Source: Nitrosopumilus sp. (lineage in GTDB: Archaea > Thermoproteota > Nitrososphaeria > Nitrososphaerales > Nitrosopumilaceae). Taken from it: 64,000 bases of DNA. Location of the stretch: positions 1,920,001 through 1,984,000 of the forward strand of contig OZ245040.1 of NCBI GenBank assembly GCA_965224195.1, read 5' to 3'. The notes beneath the pieces were generated by a model that saw only the letters and a list, made by a program, of their open reading frames with translations, was not told where the DNA came from and searched no databases. Numbering within the stretch: position 1 is the stretch's first letter; each line of letters opens with the position of its first letter. The position numbers were made by a program, and so were the translations under genes. This document shows, one piece after another, positions 1-10,161 of the stretch.

Positions 1-1
1 A

Positions 2-802
2 TTAAATTATAAAGTAGACGATACTGCAATAATTACACTATCAGGAAAAGCATCTGAAATTATTAGTTTATTAATAATTGATCCTTCAGATAAACCAAAA
101 GGAGATGCAATATCCATTACATTACAACCAGACGGACGTGGAACACATTCCATAGAACTTGATGGATATGCATCTGGCGTTTATACCGCAGTTATTAGCA
201 AAGGTAGTGCTCAAAATACAGAGATTTTCACAGTTGGACTACAAATAGGCTCTGGAGAAATTAATGTGAATACCACAAAAGAAAGCTACAATCCAGGAGA
301 TTCAATATTAATTTTGGGAGATACCGGAGAAAATGTTCTTCTTACATTAACTCTGATCAATCCAAATGGTGATGAAATTAAAGTTAAAGAGACATTTTCA
401 GATAAAAGTGGGAAAATTTCTGAGAGTTCATTCAGGATTCCTTCAGATGGGATTACGGGATCTTGGACAATTAATGTAAAAAGTGGGGCAAATTTTGATA
501 ATGCTGAACTTGAAGTACTTGCAACAACATTAGAAGGAATGATAATATCAGTAGAAGATGGTGCAGAGGTTCCAGGATTTGGAAAAACAATAAGCATTAA
601 GGTGTTTGGAGCCAAACAAACCACTACCATAGAAATTGTTAATGCAGATGGAGAAACCATAGAAGAACTATCATTCCCAGCATCAAACCAAGGAGAAATA
701 AATCAACCATGGGTTATTCCTAAAGATACTGAACCTGGAACATATACTATCAAAGCATCAGATGCATTCAACAATGCAACTGCAACTTATGAGATTCAAT
801 AG
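2..802 (+). CDS. C-terminal part of a large Ig-like repeat surface protein (5' end outside window)
   Basis: Frame is open from position 2 (LNYKVDDTAIITLSGK...) into the 266..802 ORF; repeated beta-sandwich motifs (G.W/YTI.A/V). Confidence 0.7.
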   Translation, partial: LNYKVDDTAIITLSGKASEIISLLIIDPSDKPKGDAISITLQPDGRGTHSIELDGYASGVYTAVISKGSAQNTEIFTVGLQIGSGEINVNTTKESYNPGDSILILGDTGENVLLTLTLINPNGDEIKVKETFSDKSGKISESSFRIPSDGITGSWTINVKSGANFDNAELEVLATTLEGMIISVEDGAEVPGFGKTISIKVFGAKQTTTIEIVNADGETIEELSFPASNQGEINQPWVIPKDTEPGTYTIKASDAFNNATATYEIQ

Positions 803-840
803 AATCAAACAATTTTATTTCACCTAATTTTCATCAAATT

Positions 841-1353
841 ATGAATCTTAAAGATAAAATAGTAGATTATCCAAATTTTCCAAAAAAAGGAATTCTATTT
901 AGAGACTTTAGTCCAGTTTTGAAAAATCCATCAGCATTATCTTATATTGCTGATGAATTTGCAAAAATATTCCATCCAAAAGATATCGATGTTTTTGCAG
1001 GAATTGAATCAAGAGGATTCATTTTAGCATCAATTCTAGCCTCAAGATACAACAAAGGCATGGTAATGATTAGAAAAGCTGGAAAACTTCCTGGAAAAAC
1101 TACAAAATTAGCATATACGATTGAATATGGAAAAGATACCATAGAAATTCAAAAAGACATCATCAAAGAGGGAGAAAAAATACTCATTTGTGATGATTTA
1201 CTTGCAACAGGTGGAACAGCAAAAGCATCTGCAAAATTAATTGAAAAAGTGGGAGGAAAAATTGTAGGATTTGCATTCATCATTGAGCTAGTTGATCTTA
1301 ATGGAATCAAAGGAATTAACAAATACAATTGTAAATCATTGGTGAAATATTGA
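841..1353 (+). CDS. apt: adenine phosphoribosyltransferase
   Basis: [27 protein letters not shown] and PRPP motif [11 protein letters not shown]. Confidence 0.95.
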   Translation: MNLKDKIVDYPNFPKKGILFRDFSPVLKNPSALSYIADEFAKIFHPKDIDVFAGIESRGFILASILASRYNKGMVMIRKAGKLPGKTTKLAYTIEYGKDTIEIQKDIIKEGEKILICDDLLATGGTAKASAKLIEKVGGKIVGFAFIIELVDLNGIKGINKYNCKSLVKY

Positions 1354-2144
1354 TGGAAAAAGATGTAGAAATTGGAATTTTCGGTGGAACCGGAATTTAT
1401 GATTCAGGGCTACTTGAGAACGCCCAAGAAATAGATATTGATACACCTTACGGAAAACCTTCAGATACAATTACTGTAGGAACTTTCAAAGGAAGGAAAA
1501 TTGCATTTCTTCCAAGACATGGAAAAAAACATACCATTCCACCACATAAAATTAATTTTAAAGCAAATATTTGGGCATTCAAAGAACTAAGAGTTACAAG
1601 AATTATTGCACCATCTGCAGTTGGAAGCCTAAAAGAAGAATTAGCGCCAGGTCACTTTGCATTACCGACTCAGTTCATAGACTTTACAAAATCTAGAGAT
1701 GGTTCATTTTCAGAAGAAGGCAGAGTGATTCACATATCAGTAGCTGATCCTTTTTGTCCAGAACTACAATCATCAATTCTTCAAGTAACAGATAATCAAG
1801 GCTTGGAGATGCATAAAGATTGTACTTATGTCTGTATAGAAGGACCACGATTCTCAACTAAAGCTGAATCAAAATTCTATAGAACAACAGGTGCAGATAT
1901 TATTGGAATGACTCTTGTTCCAGAATGTCAACTAGCAAGAGAGGCACAGATGTGCTATGCTTCAATTTCAACAGTTACAGATTATGATGTTTGGGCTGAT
2001 AAACCAGTCACAGCTAAAGAAGTTATTGAAACACTAACAAAAAATGTAGAAAAAACAAAGAAAATTCTAACAGAGTTAATTGATAAAATTCCTAAAACAA
2101 GAAGCTGTTCTTGTGAAAAAGCATTAGCAGAAGCTGAATTCTAA
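1350..2144 (+). CDS. mtnP: S-methyl-5'-thioadenosine phosphorylase
   Basis: [44 protein letters not shown] motifs. Confidence 0.93.
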   Translation: MMEKDVEIGIFGGTGIYDSGLLENAQEIDIDTPYGKPSDTITVGTFKGRKIAFLPRHGKKHTIPPHKINFKANIWAFKELRVTRIIAPSAVGSLKEELAPGHFALPTQFIDFTKSRDGSFSEEGRVIHISVADPFCPELQSSILQVTDNQGLEMHKDCTYVCIEGPRFSTKAESKFYRTTGADIIGMTLVPECQLAREAQMCYASISTVTDYDVWADKPVTAKEVIETLTKNVEKTKKILTELIDKIPKTRSCSCEKALAEAEF

Positions 2145-2425
2145 TCATCAACAAAGGACTCTTTTGTGAGTCCTTCAGGAAGAGTCAAATCACCTTGAAG
2201 TAGATTTCTTTGAAGTAAATCTATTACTTCATCAACATTATAGCCTAATTTTTCCAATTCTTTCTCAGTAATTTGAGAAAGTTTAGCACCAATGTTTTGT
2301 CCACCTATTCTACCAAAGGCAATAGCTGTAAAACGAAATTCATTTTCCTCTATCGTAAATTTACCTGTAATCTTTGCAGCCATTTGGCTTCCATGAATAT
2401 TATTAATGTGAACTTTAAGATCCAT
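2141..2425 (-). CDS. conserved hypothetical protein
   Basis: 94-aa ORF, tightly packed with neighbours. Confidence 0.7.
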   Translation of the reverse strand: MDLKVHINNIHGSQMAAKITGKFTIEENEFRFTAIAFGRIGGQNIGAKLSQITEKELEKLGYNVDEVIDLLQRNLLQGDLTLPEGLTKESFVDD

Positions 2426-2433
2426 TTCAAAAA

Positions 2434-2832
2434 TTAAATTTCTACAGCTTTGTTAACATTGTCATCAATTAGAAAACTCCAATGTTTTTCATCTTCTACC
2501 TTGAAATCATTAATTTTAAGAGGAATTATTTTTTCATCAAGACATTCATGTTTTATTTCCCCAGTTTCTTTTAATTTTACTAATTTCCATTTGTATCTGC
2601 CTTGTTGTAATTTACATACAGTTACTCCCCATTTTGCATCAGCATCAATTTTTGGCATCCCTACTGTTTCAGCAATTTCTTCAATTCCAAGTTGTTTTTC
2701 TTCACAGAATTTTTTCTTACAAACTCCACATCTCCAAACATCAACAGAACCAATAGTTCTTTCATCAATATTGATGTTTATCACACCAAAATAGATTGGT
2801 TGATGTTTACAAGTCTCAGTATCAATACTCAA
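2434..2832 (-). CDS. hypothetical protein with Cys/His Zn-binding motif
   Basis: CKH...CGVC motif; operon-like spacing. Confidence 0.7.
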   Translation of the reverse strand: MSIDTETCKHQPIYFGVININIDERTIGSVDVWRCGVCKKKFCEEKQLGIEEIAETVGMPKIDADAKWGVTVCKLQQGRYKWKLVKLKETGEIKHECLDEKIIPLKINDFKVEDEKHWSFLIDDNVNKAVEI

Positions 2833-2854
2833 TGTTGTTCACCAAGTTTTGGTA

Positions 2855-3208
2855 TTATTTAGTTCTTGCATCATCATAGGGTTTTTCTAAAATTACCCCA
2901 ATATTATCAACAATTTTGTTTCGTTTAAATTCAATATTTTCTCTCTCACACATTTTTCTGTACATGTTTACTGCAGTAAATCTAGGATGCATAGCCTCAA
3001 ATTCTGTAGGAGTGATATCAATAAAAGCACCAATGTTCATTAGATCTTTTGATGCTTTTTTTGCATCATCAATAGAAATTTTTAGTTTTTCAGCAATTAA
3101 CTCAGATGGCATTTTCCCTGAGCAAGTAATCAACAAAAATACTCGTGCCTGAATAGAATCTAAATGGATTTCAGATATTAAATCATGTTCAATTCCAGAA
3201 TATGACAT
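2855..3208 (-). CDS. TrmB-like winged-HTH protein
   Basis: L.S.QARVFLLI...G.M...IAEKL helix pattern followed by FEAMHP. Confidence 0.6.
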   Translation of the reverse strand: MSYSGIEHDLISEIHLDSIQARVFLLITCSGKMPSELIAEKLKISIDDAKKASKDLMNIGAFIDITPTEFEAMHPRFTAVNMYRKMCERENIEFKRNKIVDNIGVILEKPYDDARTK

Positions 3209-3252
3209 TATTTCTAAAAGAAATTGTTAAGACATAAAACATGATCTATGAA

Positions 3253-3486
3253 TTATTTTTTAATTAGAATTTTTTTAGAAATTTTCAAAGAAAATCCCAT
3301 TGCAATAAAATGAATAATTGCACCCAATATTGCAGCATATAGCATATTATCTAAAATTTTCCAAGTAATAACAAAAGACATGATTGATGGAACTGTAATA
3401 ATGACTGCAATTATAGTTCCCCTTAATGCAATTTCACGAATTGTAAGTTTATATTCCGTACTATCAGACAACAAGGAAAATTTCAA
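3253..3486 (-). CDS. small two-TM membrane protein
   Basis: two hydrophobic segments. Confidence 0.6.
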   Translation of the reverse strand: MKFSLLSDSTEYKLTIREIALRGTIIAVIITVPSIMSFVITWKILDNMLYAAILGAIIHFIAMGFSLKISKKILIKK

Positions 3487-3542
3487 AAATGGTAATAAAA
3501 ACCAAAGATACTTTATATTTGGAAGACATTAATTTTTACTGT

Positions 3543-4001
3543 TTGTCGAGTTATAAAGGAGCATATTCAAATGATCAATCACTAAATTTTGTAATTCCCA
3601 TCATTGTTATTTTATTTTTAGGAATTATTTACATTATGACACAAAGAGCAGATTCAGGATTTGTTAGTTTTATTCTAATTGGCGCAGCAGCAATTACAAT
3701 GTTTTATTGGGTTAAGGTTTTAAAGAAAATGGCTAAAGATCAAAAACCTACATACACACAAGCTAGAGAACAAGAAACAAAGAACTGGGTGTATGATTTG
3801 ATTAAAGGTGATGGAGAATTTGTTTTTGTCGCAGAAGTTCCAGGGCCTGAAGATAAAATTGCAGTTAGATTAGTAGATGGTATTCTATACATTCGTGGAA
3901 CATCAGGATTTTCAAAAGAAGTTCCAATAGAAGGAGTAAATGAAATGCAAATATTTGATTTCAAATATAGAAATGGTGTATTGACACTGCGAATTAAATA
4001 A
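3543..4001 (+). CDS. membrane-anchored Hsp20/alpha-crystallin protein
   Basis: two N-terminal TM segments, VAEVPG and C-terminal YRNGVLTLRI; likely TTG start at 3543. Confidence 0.8.
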   Translation: MSSYKGAYSNDQSLNFVIPIIVILFLGIIYIMTQRADSGFVSFILIGAAAITMFYWVKVLKKMAKDQKPTYTQAREQETKNWVYDLIKGDGEFVFVAEVPGPEDKIAVRLVDGILYIRGTSGFSKEVPIEGVNEMQIFDFKYRNGVLTLRIK

Positions 4002-5129
4002 TTAAAGACTTTTTGCTAATTCTAATTTTTGTGGTAGATATTTGTCAGTAATATTTGTTAGACCATATTTTGAGAAAGCCTCTAACTCAGCCTTTCTTTT
4101 CAATTTTAGAAACACATCAAGTTCTTTTTTCCAAATACCATCTTGATATCTAGGATCCTTTTGTAAATCATAGCATCTCTTAATATCAGATTCAGTCATT
4201 GGAATTGTTGGTAACTTGTATTTTTCAATATCAGTAGCCCATACTCCAACCCATTTTGCATTTGGAACTGTTAGTTCTCTAAGATGAGCAGCATTTGCTG
4301 AACCAGATTTAATTACCATTGCAATATGTTCTCCATACACATCTCCATCAGTTAAAACAATTACAGGCAATTTCATTTCTTCATGTAGTCTTTTCAATAA
4401 AGTTCGAGTTGAACGAGGTGCTTGTCCACCGGTATTGATGATAATAGATTTAAATTTTTTATCAACTTGTTCCTCAACAAATCTAGTAAAGAGACCACCT
4501 TTTTCAATTGCAATAACAATTTCAGCACTAGTATCCACCAATTCAGCAGTGGTTAGACTAGGACCAATGGAATATCCATCAGGATGATTTGATAAATTCA
4601 TAGTTTTTCCCTCATATCCAGGAATAGTATATTCGATTGTCAAATCTCCAAAAATAGAGCTTCTCTCTTCAGGGAATATGTGGAAATCTTCTCTAGGCTT
4701 AGAGGTTACAGCCTCCAAATCTACAATGATATTATCAGATTCAGATTGATCTTCAAATTCAATTGCAAAAGCTTGTGATGAATAATAAACATCTCTTAAC
4801 GTAGATGACTTTTTTTCATGAGTTAGTCTGTTTGCAAAAAATGCCAACCACATTAGTTGTGTGAAAGATCTCAACTGTGCAGAGTTTCTGGAACTTCTAA
4901 CTGCAGTATTAGTCCCAAGAATATACTGTCTAAGTTTTTTATCATAAACAATGTTACTTACTGATCTACTTGGAATAGAAAATTTTGGAAATTGTCCGTT
5001 TTCCAAGTCATCGTATATTTTTGCACCATGACTCTTAAGCATCTCAAGAATATTCTTTTGTTTTTCATCAGCTTTTTTGCTTCGTTCTTTAATCTTAGTT
5101 TGTTCTTTTTTACTTGTTGCCAATTTCAT
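4002..5129 (-). CDS. top6A: DNA topoisomerase VI subunit A
   Basis: STLRDVYY catalytic Tyr, IEKGG, TOPRIM DGDVYG, KAELEA. Confidence 0.96.
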   Translation of the reverse strand: MKLATSKKEQTKIKERSKKADEKQKNILEMLKSHGAKIYDDLENGQFPKFSIPSRSVSNIVYDKKLRQYILGTNTAVRSSRNSAQLRSFTQLMWLAFFANRLTHEKKSSTLRDVYYSSQAFAIEFEDQSESDNIIVDLEAVTSKPREDFHIFPEERSSIFGDLTIEYTIPGYEGKTMNLSNHPDGYSIGPSLTTAELVDTSAEIVIAIEKGGLFTRFVEEQVDKKFKSIIINTGGQAPRSTRTLLKRLHEEMKLPVIVLTDGDVYGEHIAMVIKSGSANAAHLRELTVPNAKWVGVWATDIEKYKLPTIPMTESDIKRCYDLQKDPRYQDGIWKKELDVFLKLKRKAELEAFSKYGLTNITDKYLPQKLELAKSL

Positions 5130-6981
5130 TTTCCCCCTCTACTGATTGTTTAGATTCAACTGCATTTTCTTCTAATAGTTTCTTGTAATTAGGTTCTTTC
5201 TTATTTCCAGCAAGCTCTGTACAAAATTCTGCAATTTGTGGTAAATATTTTGCATAAAGATTTGCTCTCTTTTTTGCCATATCAGCTTGACCTCTTTTCG
5301 ACATGTATGCTGCCAATTTTCTTGACAATAATTGTAATCCAAGTCTTAATTCTCGTTCAATTTCAGATCTATCGGCAACATTTTCCTTTCCTGCAGTTTT
5401 GTATGGAATTCTTGTTGAACAAATATGAGATACGATGATGAATGGGGGTTCTCCTTTTACTTTGTATCGTCCCCAATCAGTATCATTTACAACTTTTAGC
5501 ACAACATCACTTCCTTCATCATAAAGTAATGGAATTCTATTGGCATATCGATAAACATGTGGTCCGCCTGATTTTATATCCCCACCATAAGCAATACCCA
5601 TCTCAATAATGAATGGGAATCCTGAATATGCAGATGCTGAGCGTTGAACGACCGCAGTGAAATCAGGATTGAAGAATTTTTTAATTCCTTTTTCCAAAGG
5701 GGCTTCTCCTAATGGTGCTAAACAACTAGAATCAGGTACCATGAAATCTTCAAATTTTTGAAGTGCGTCACTCAAATTGACTAATTCTTGATTCGATAAA
5801 GTTCCCATTCTTTTTTCAGGTTTGAATCCTGCAAATTCTGCAAATTTTACAGCAGTAGTAGGTCCAATTCTTTGAAATCTTTTTGTAAGAAATGTTGTGA
5901 GCGGTTCTCCTTGTACAGTATTAGTTAGCTGTTTGTAATACTGACTTTCAGGATCCATATCTACTGATTTTGATTGTGAATCACCAAAATCCCAGTAAAA
6001 CAATTTTTTATTTGGCATATCTATATCTTCAATTCTAATTTTGTTTAATTTTTCAAAATCCATTTTTAAAAATGACATCAAAGCTATTACAACTCTAACT
6101 TGGCGTGGAAGTGTTTTCCATTTTTTCTTTGCTTTGTCCATAATTGCAGTGAAACTAAGATTTTTTACAGACAGGCCTAGATCTTTTCTAACTTTTTCAA
6201 TCATTGCATCATCAATAGTAGGGATTTCAAATTGAGATTCTACAATCATTCTTCTAATTCTTTCAACATCGATTCCATGTGGATGAGGTCGAATAATAGT
6301 TGGAGGTGGAGGGATTTCTTTTACAAATCTTGGATGACTGAATTTTTGTTCCTTTGGATCATCAAAAGTAATTGAAGCATAAGGAGTGATTAAAGATGTT
6401 TCATAAACATAATCTCTAATTTTAGTTCCTGCTTTTGAATAATCTCCCTCTAAACAAATACTTACACTAAGTCCTTTTTTTGAAACTTCTTTAGTTGTAT
6501 GTTTTACAATTACAGGTTTATTTTTTTGAATATCAAGTAATAATTCAAATGAATCTTGAGTAGCACCATCTACAGAGCTTTTTACAATTACCGGCTTGTT
6601 AGTAGTAATTTGCCCATAAAGAATTGCCATAGTTGCACCTAAACCAAACATCCCTCTTGCTTGTTTAAGTCCAAATTTAGAACCATAAAGTACAGTTCCA
6701 AAAGCCAATGGAATGTACTCAGCATCTATTCCAGGGCCATTATCCTTTACAATTAATATGTATGGCTTAGGATCTGGCTTGTCAGGATCAACAGCCTTGA
6801 TTGTCAAATGTACATCTGGAAGAATCCCTTTTTGATCACACGCATCTAAAGCATTTTCAACAAACTCTCGTACTGCAGTGTAAAGAGATCTTGTAGGATT
6901 ACTGAAGCCAGCTAAATCACGATTACTGTAAAAGAATTCACTTGGTGAAATTTGGTTAAATTTTTCTTTAATAGAAGACAT
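5110..6981 (-). CDS. top6B: DNA topoisomerase VI subunit B
   Basis: GHKL motifs REFVENALDA, DNGPG, RGMFGLG; RYANRIPLLYD. Confidence 0.96.
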   Translation of the reverse strand: MSSIKEKFNQISPSEFFYSNRDLAGFSNPTRSLYTAVREFVENALDACDQKGILPDVHLTIKAVDPDKPDPKPYILIVKDNGPGIDAEYIPLAFGTVLYGSKFGLKQARGMFGLGATMAILYGQITTNKPVIVKSSVDGATQDSFELLLDIQKNKPVIVKHTTKEVSKKGLSVSICLEGDYSKAGTKIRDYVYETSLITPYASITFDDPKEQKFSHPRFVKEIPPPPTIIRPHPHGIDVERIRRMIVESQFEIPTIDDAMIEKVRKDLGLSVKNLSFTAIMDKAKKKWKTLPRQVRVVIALMSFLKMDFEKLNKIRIEDIDMPNKKLFYWDFGDSQSKSVDMDPESQYYKQLTNTVQGEPLTTFLTKRFQRIGPTTAVKFAEFAGFKPEKRMGTLSNQELVNLSDALQKFEDFMVPDSSCLAPLGEAPLEKGIKKFFNPDFTAVVQRSASAYSGFPFIIEMGIAYGGDIKSGGPHVYRYANRIPLLYDEGSDVVLKVVNDTDWGRYKVKGEPPFIIVSHICSTRIPYKTAGKENVADRSEIERELRLGLQLLSRKLAAYMSKRGQADMAKKRANLYAKYLPQIAEFCTELAGNKKEPNYKKLLEENAVESKQSVEGENEIGNK

Positions 6982-7540
6982 CTTGATCTTCCCATAATTT
7001 CATTCGTTCTTGTTTTGCTGTTCTGTTTGCAGCTTCCAGTTTTGTGTAAACTGCACCATGCATACTTCCACTTGAAATTGAAGATATAGCATCAACTGCT
7101 AAACGTAATTTACTTGAATCACCAATTATTGAAACAGTTCTCCCATAAACTGAGATATGAGTACCACTAAGATTTTCCATATTTCGTCTTGCTCTACCAC
7201 CCTCTCCAATAATCCTCCCTTTTATCCTTTCAACATTAGCATTAGATTTTCCTGCAAATTCTCTAAGATCTATTACATGTAATGCATTTTCACCTTTTAG
7301 TAAAGTCATTGCATTTTCAGGAGAAAATCCTCTTCCAATTGCTGTAACTATCTCCATAGCTTTGAATGGTTGTATTTTCTCAACATCCCCTTGAGTTCGG
7401 ATAAAAACTTCTCCAGTGTCACCATCAATCTCTAAAGAAACATGGCAAGCTTCTTCAATTTTGGATTTCACATTTCCAGATTTACCGATTAAAACCCCAA
7501 CTCGATCACTTGGAATACGAATTAATTTTTCAAAACTCAT
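6968..7540 (-). CDS. KH-domain RNA-processing protein (Pno1/Dim2)
   Basis: GxxG KH loops (LIGKSG, IIGEGG), AIGRGF, GSMHGAVY. Confidence 0.92.
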   Translation of the reverse strand: MSFEKLIRIPSDRVGVLIGKSGNVKSKIEEACHVSLEIDGDTGEVFIRTQGDVEKIQPFKAMEIVTAIGRGFSPENAMTLLKGENALHVIDLREFAGKSNANVERIKGRIIGEGGRARRNMENLSGTHISVYGRTVSIIGDSSKLRLAVDAISSISSGSMHGAVYTKLEAANRTAKQERMKLWEDQDVFY

Positions 7541-8316
7541 TTTACAATATCCTCAAATATTTTATCTGAATCTTCAACAAGAATTCCTCTTTTATTGAAG
7601 AATCTTCCAATGTTATTAATATCACGTTTAAGAAATCCTTTGGCATTTGGATGTCTAAGATCAACCCCAGAACCCAAATCAAAAACAACTAGGCCTTTTT
7701 CAGTTTTGAAAATATTATACTCTGAAAAATCACCATGAACTAATTTTGCCTTTTTGTATAGATCATCTAAAATAGATATAGTCTGGGCATAGTCACCCTC
7801 ATCAACTTCTGAAGTGAGTAATGACTTTGCAGGAGCACCATTATCACCGATAAATTCCATAGCCAGAACATTATTTGTAACATATAGAGGTCTTGGAACA
7901 GGAATTCCAGCCTCATAACATTGAGTTAGATTTCGATATTCCTTTTTTGCCCACAGATATACAAGATTTTTTGTTCCCTTTTTCAGGTGAGAAAATCGCG
8001 GGTCTCCAAGAATGTATGGTTCACGTTTTTTAAAATTTGCAGTACTAACTAAATAAATTTTTAAAGCAATATCAACATCATGTTCATCAACACCCCAAAA
8101 AAGAACAGATTCCTTTCCTGCACTTACAGACCCATTAACATAAGCAATAACATGATCAGTGATCATTTTGTAAAGAGTCATGACAGTGGGTTTATCTAAA
8201 ACTTCATTGACTACTTTTCCTTTTTTGAATCCATCTTCTAGGGGGGATCGTTTTCGTTTTGATCTTAATTTATTATCTAATTTAGATTCTAATTTTTTAC
8301 TAATTATATCAGTCAT
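7537..8316 (-). CDS. rio1: RIO1 serine/threonine kinase
   Basis: SAGKES, WAKKEYRNL, LVHGDFSEYNI, FDLGS, FLKRDINN. Confidence 0.93.
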   Translation of the reverse strand: MTDIISKKLESKLDNKLRSKRKRSPLEDGFKKGKVVNEVLDKPTVMTLYKMITDHVIAYVNGSVSAGKESVLFWGVDEHDVDIALKIYLVSTANFKKREPYILGDPRFSHLKKGTKNLVYLWAKKEYRNLTQCYEAGIPVPRPLYVTNNVLAMEFIGDNGAPAKSLLTSEVDEGDYAQTISILDDLYKKAKLVHGDFSEYNIFKTEKGLVVFDLGSGVDLRHPNAKGFLKRDINNIGRFFNKRGILVEDSDKIFEDIVK

Positions 8317-8400
8317 TGAAAATGGATACTCCTACTAGATAAAAGAGATTGCTGTTAAAATCTAAAAAAGTTTGTAAAGTAAAAATCAAATCAAACAACA

Positions 8401-8697
8401 TTACATATTAAATATAATTAAAAACGGAACATCAGAAACTGTCTTAACAGCATATTCAGAACCAACACCGAGTTTTAGAGCTAATGATACAGTGTCTTTT
8501 CCAGCCATGTTAATAATTGAAGAACTATTCAATAAAGATTCAGCTCCATCTTTTTCAACAAATCTTTCCCCATAGTAATTTTTACTAATATGCATAGTTA
8601 AATCACCTTCAACAATTTTTTTCCCCAATAACTCAGTGTCACAAATATTGAGCATTGATTGTTTTTGATAATTTGTAGTTTTTACCGAGAATTGCAT
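8401..8697 (-). CDS. DUF424 family protein
   Basis: NICDTELLGK...YYGE...IINMAG...VP pattern. Confidence 0.8.
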   Translation of the reverse strand: MQFSVKTTNYQKQSMLNICDTELLGKKIVEGDLTMHISKNYYGERFVEKDGAESLLNSSSIINMAGKDTVSLALKLGVGSEYAVKTVSDVPFLIIFNM

Positions 8698-9134
8698 TAC
8701 GCATATTTACCTTTCAAAGTAGATTTTGCACCACATGCTTCACATATTAAAAATGATATTCTATTTTCTTTTAAAATTTTTGTATCAGGGCTTTTACATG
8801 TTGGACATTCAAGATAGTCTTTTACATAAATTTGAAATAATCTTGTAAAATCATCAGGAGCTCTTCTACCAACAAACATGGCCTTATCACCAAGTCTTTC
8901 TGCTGGAACTGCAAATTCTTTTGAAAGATATTGTAAAACTTTGTCAGGATCTCTTCGTAAAATCTTTGGAAATTCTGAAAAATTTCTTAAAAATGTCTTT
9001 TGACCTTCCCACATTACATCAACAATTGGAAGCTCAAATCTAGTTTGAGATTCCTTATCAGTGTCACCTAGTTTGTCCTGAATACGTTTGAGTAGATTCT
9101 CGTAATCTGATTTAGTCACTAAAAAATGGTGCAT
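8697..9134 (-). CDS. eif2b: translation initiation factor 2 beta subunit
   Basis: YENLLKR, RFELP, C-terminal CPTCKSPDT...CEACGA; true start may be GTG at 9119. Confidence 0.93.
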   Translation of the reverse strand: MHHFLVTKSDYENLLKRIQDKLGDTDKESQTRFELPIVDVMWEGQKTFLRNFSEFPKILRRDPDKVLQYLSKEFAVPAERLGDKAMFVGRRAPDDFTRLFQIYVKDYLECPTCKSPDTKILKENRISFLICEACGAKSTLKGKYA

Positions 9135-9188
9135 GGTTGACCCTATATGGGTTTTGAAAAAGAGAAATCGTGTGGGTTTTGTTGACGG

Positions 9189-9341
9189 TTATTCTTTTGG
9201 CATTGCACCAATACGGAATACGTTAGTTCCACATGTTGGACATGTACCTTTTACAGCAGGGCGTCCGTTCTTTAATGTAGTTTCTTTAGGATCTTTAATA
9301 TCCCTTTTTGCTCTACATTTTACGCAATATGCTTGAACCAT
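9189..9341 (-). CDS. 50-aa Zn-ribbon protein (DUF5679-like), absent from ORF track
   Basis: MVQAYCVKCRAKRDIKDPKETTLKNGRPAVKGTCPTCGTNVFRIGAMPKE; two CxxC pairs. Confidence 0.85.
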   Translation of the reverse strand: MVQAYCVKCRAKRDIKDPKETTLKNGRPAVKGTCPTCGTNVFRIGAMPKE

Positions 9342-9590
9342 TATGAAATTTGTCAAACTTTGTGGTATTTAGGCAGAGGCTGTGAAAATTATTTCACTAT
9401 AGACTAGATGTGCGTAAATTTTTTTACGCATCAAAATAGCTATTTTACGACTAATTACAAAAAATTCCATCATTTTAAAAAAAATCTTAACAGTATTCTC
9501 AAAAATCAGGCTTTTTCGAATATTTATTTGATAAACAGAAATTTCATGAATTATTACCAATTATAAACTCCTTATTAGTAAAATTATAAA

Positions 9591-10091
9591 ATGGCATCAA
9601 AAAAAGGAATAGCTACAACAGCAATAATTTTAGCGGCAATTACAAGTGCAAGTTTTTTGTTATGGATTATTCCACAAAATGTTGAAACAACTTTTGTCGT
9701 GTCAGATTATAAAAATTATCTAGACGGAGTTAAAAAAATCCATGAAGTTTTAGAAGAATCGATTGAGATTGAATATGAAAATTTAAAAACAGGGGAAATT
9801 TTACCACAAGACTATATTTCAGTCACTGAAGTTACATCATCTCAAGTAACTACACAAATTAGTGAATTTGTAACATCAAAACCATCAGAAGAATGGCAAA
9901 CAAGTTACATCAATTACATGGAGGCTTTGAAATTATTTAATTCCCATATTATAGAAACCAAGGTTTTAGCCAAAATGATTGAAAATAAAAGTACTAAGGA
10001 TGAAATGAGTGAAACTTTGAAAAAAATAGATATGTTAAAAGCTGAATCTATAGAGTTTGTAAAAATGTCTGATCAATCAAGACCAGGCTAG
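9591..10091 (+). CDS. membrane-anchored helical hypothetical protein
   Basis: N-terminal signal/TM segment, helical body. Confidence 0.75.
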   Translation: MASKKGIATTAIILAAITSASFLLWIIPQNVETTFVVSDYKNYLDGVKKIHEVLEESIEIEYENLKTGEILPQDYISVTEVTSSQVTTQISEFVTSKPSEEWQTSYINYMEALKLFNSHIIETKVLAKMIENKSTKDEMSETLKKIDMLKAESIEFVKMSDQSRPG

Positions 10092-10161
10092 CCTCAAAAC
10101 CGAATTTTACTATTCATAGAAGTTGGAAATCGTTAAAAGGTAATTTTGTAAAAGAAATAGA

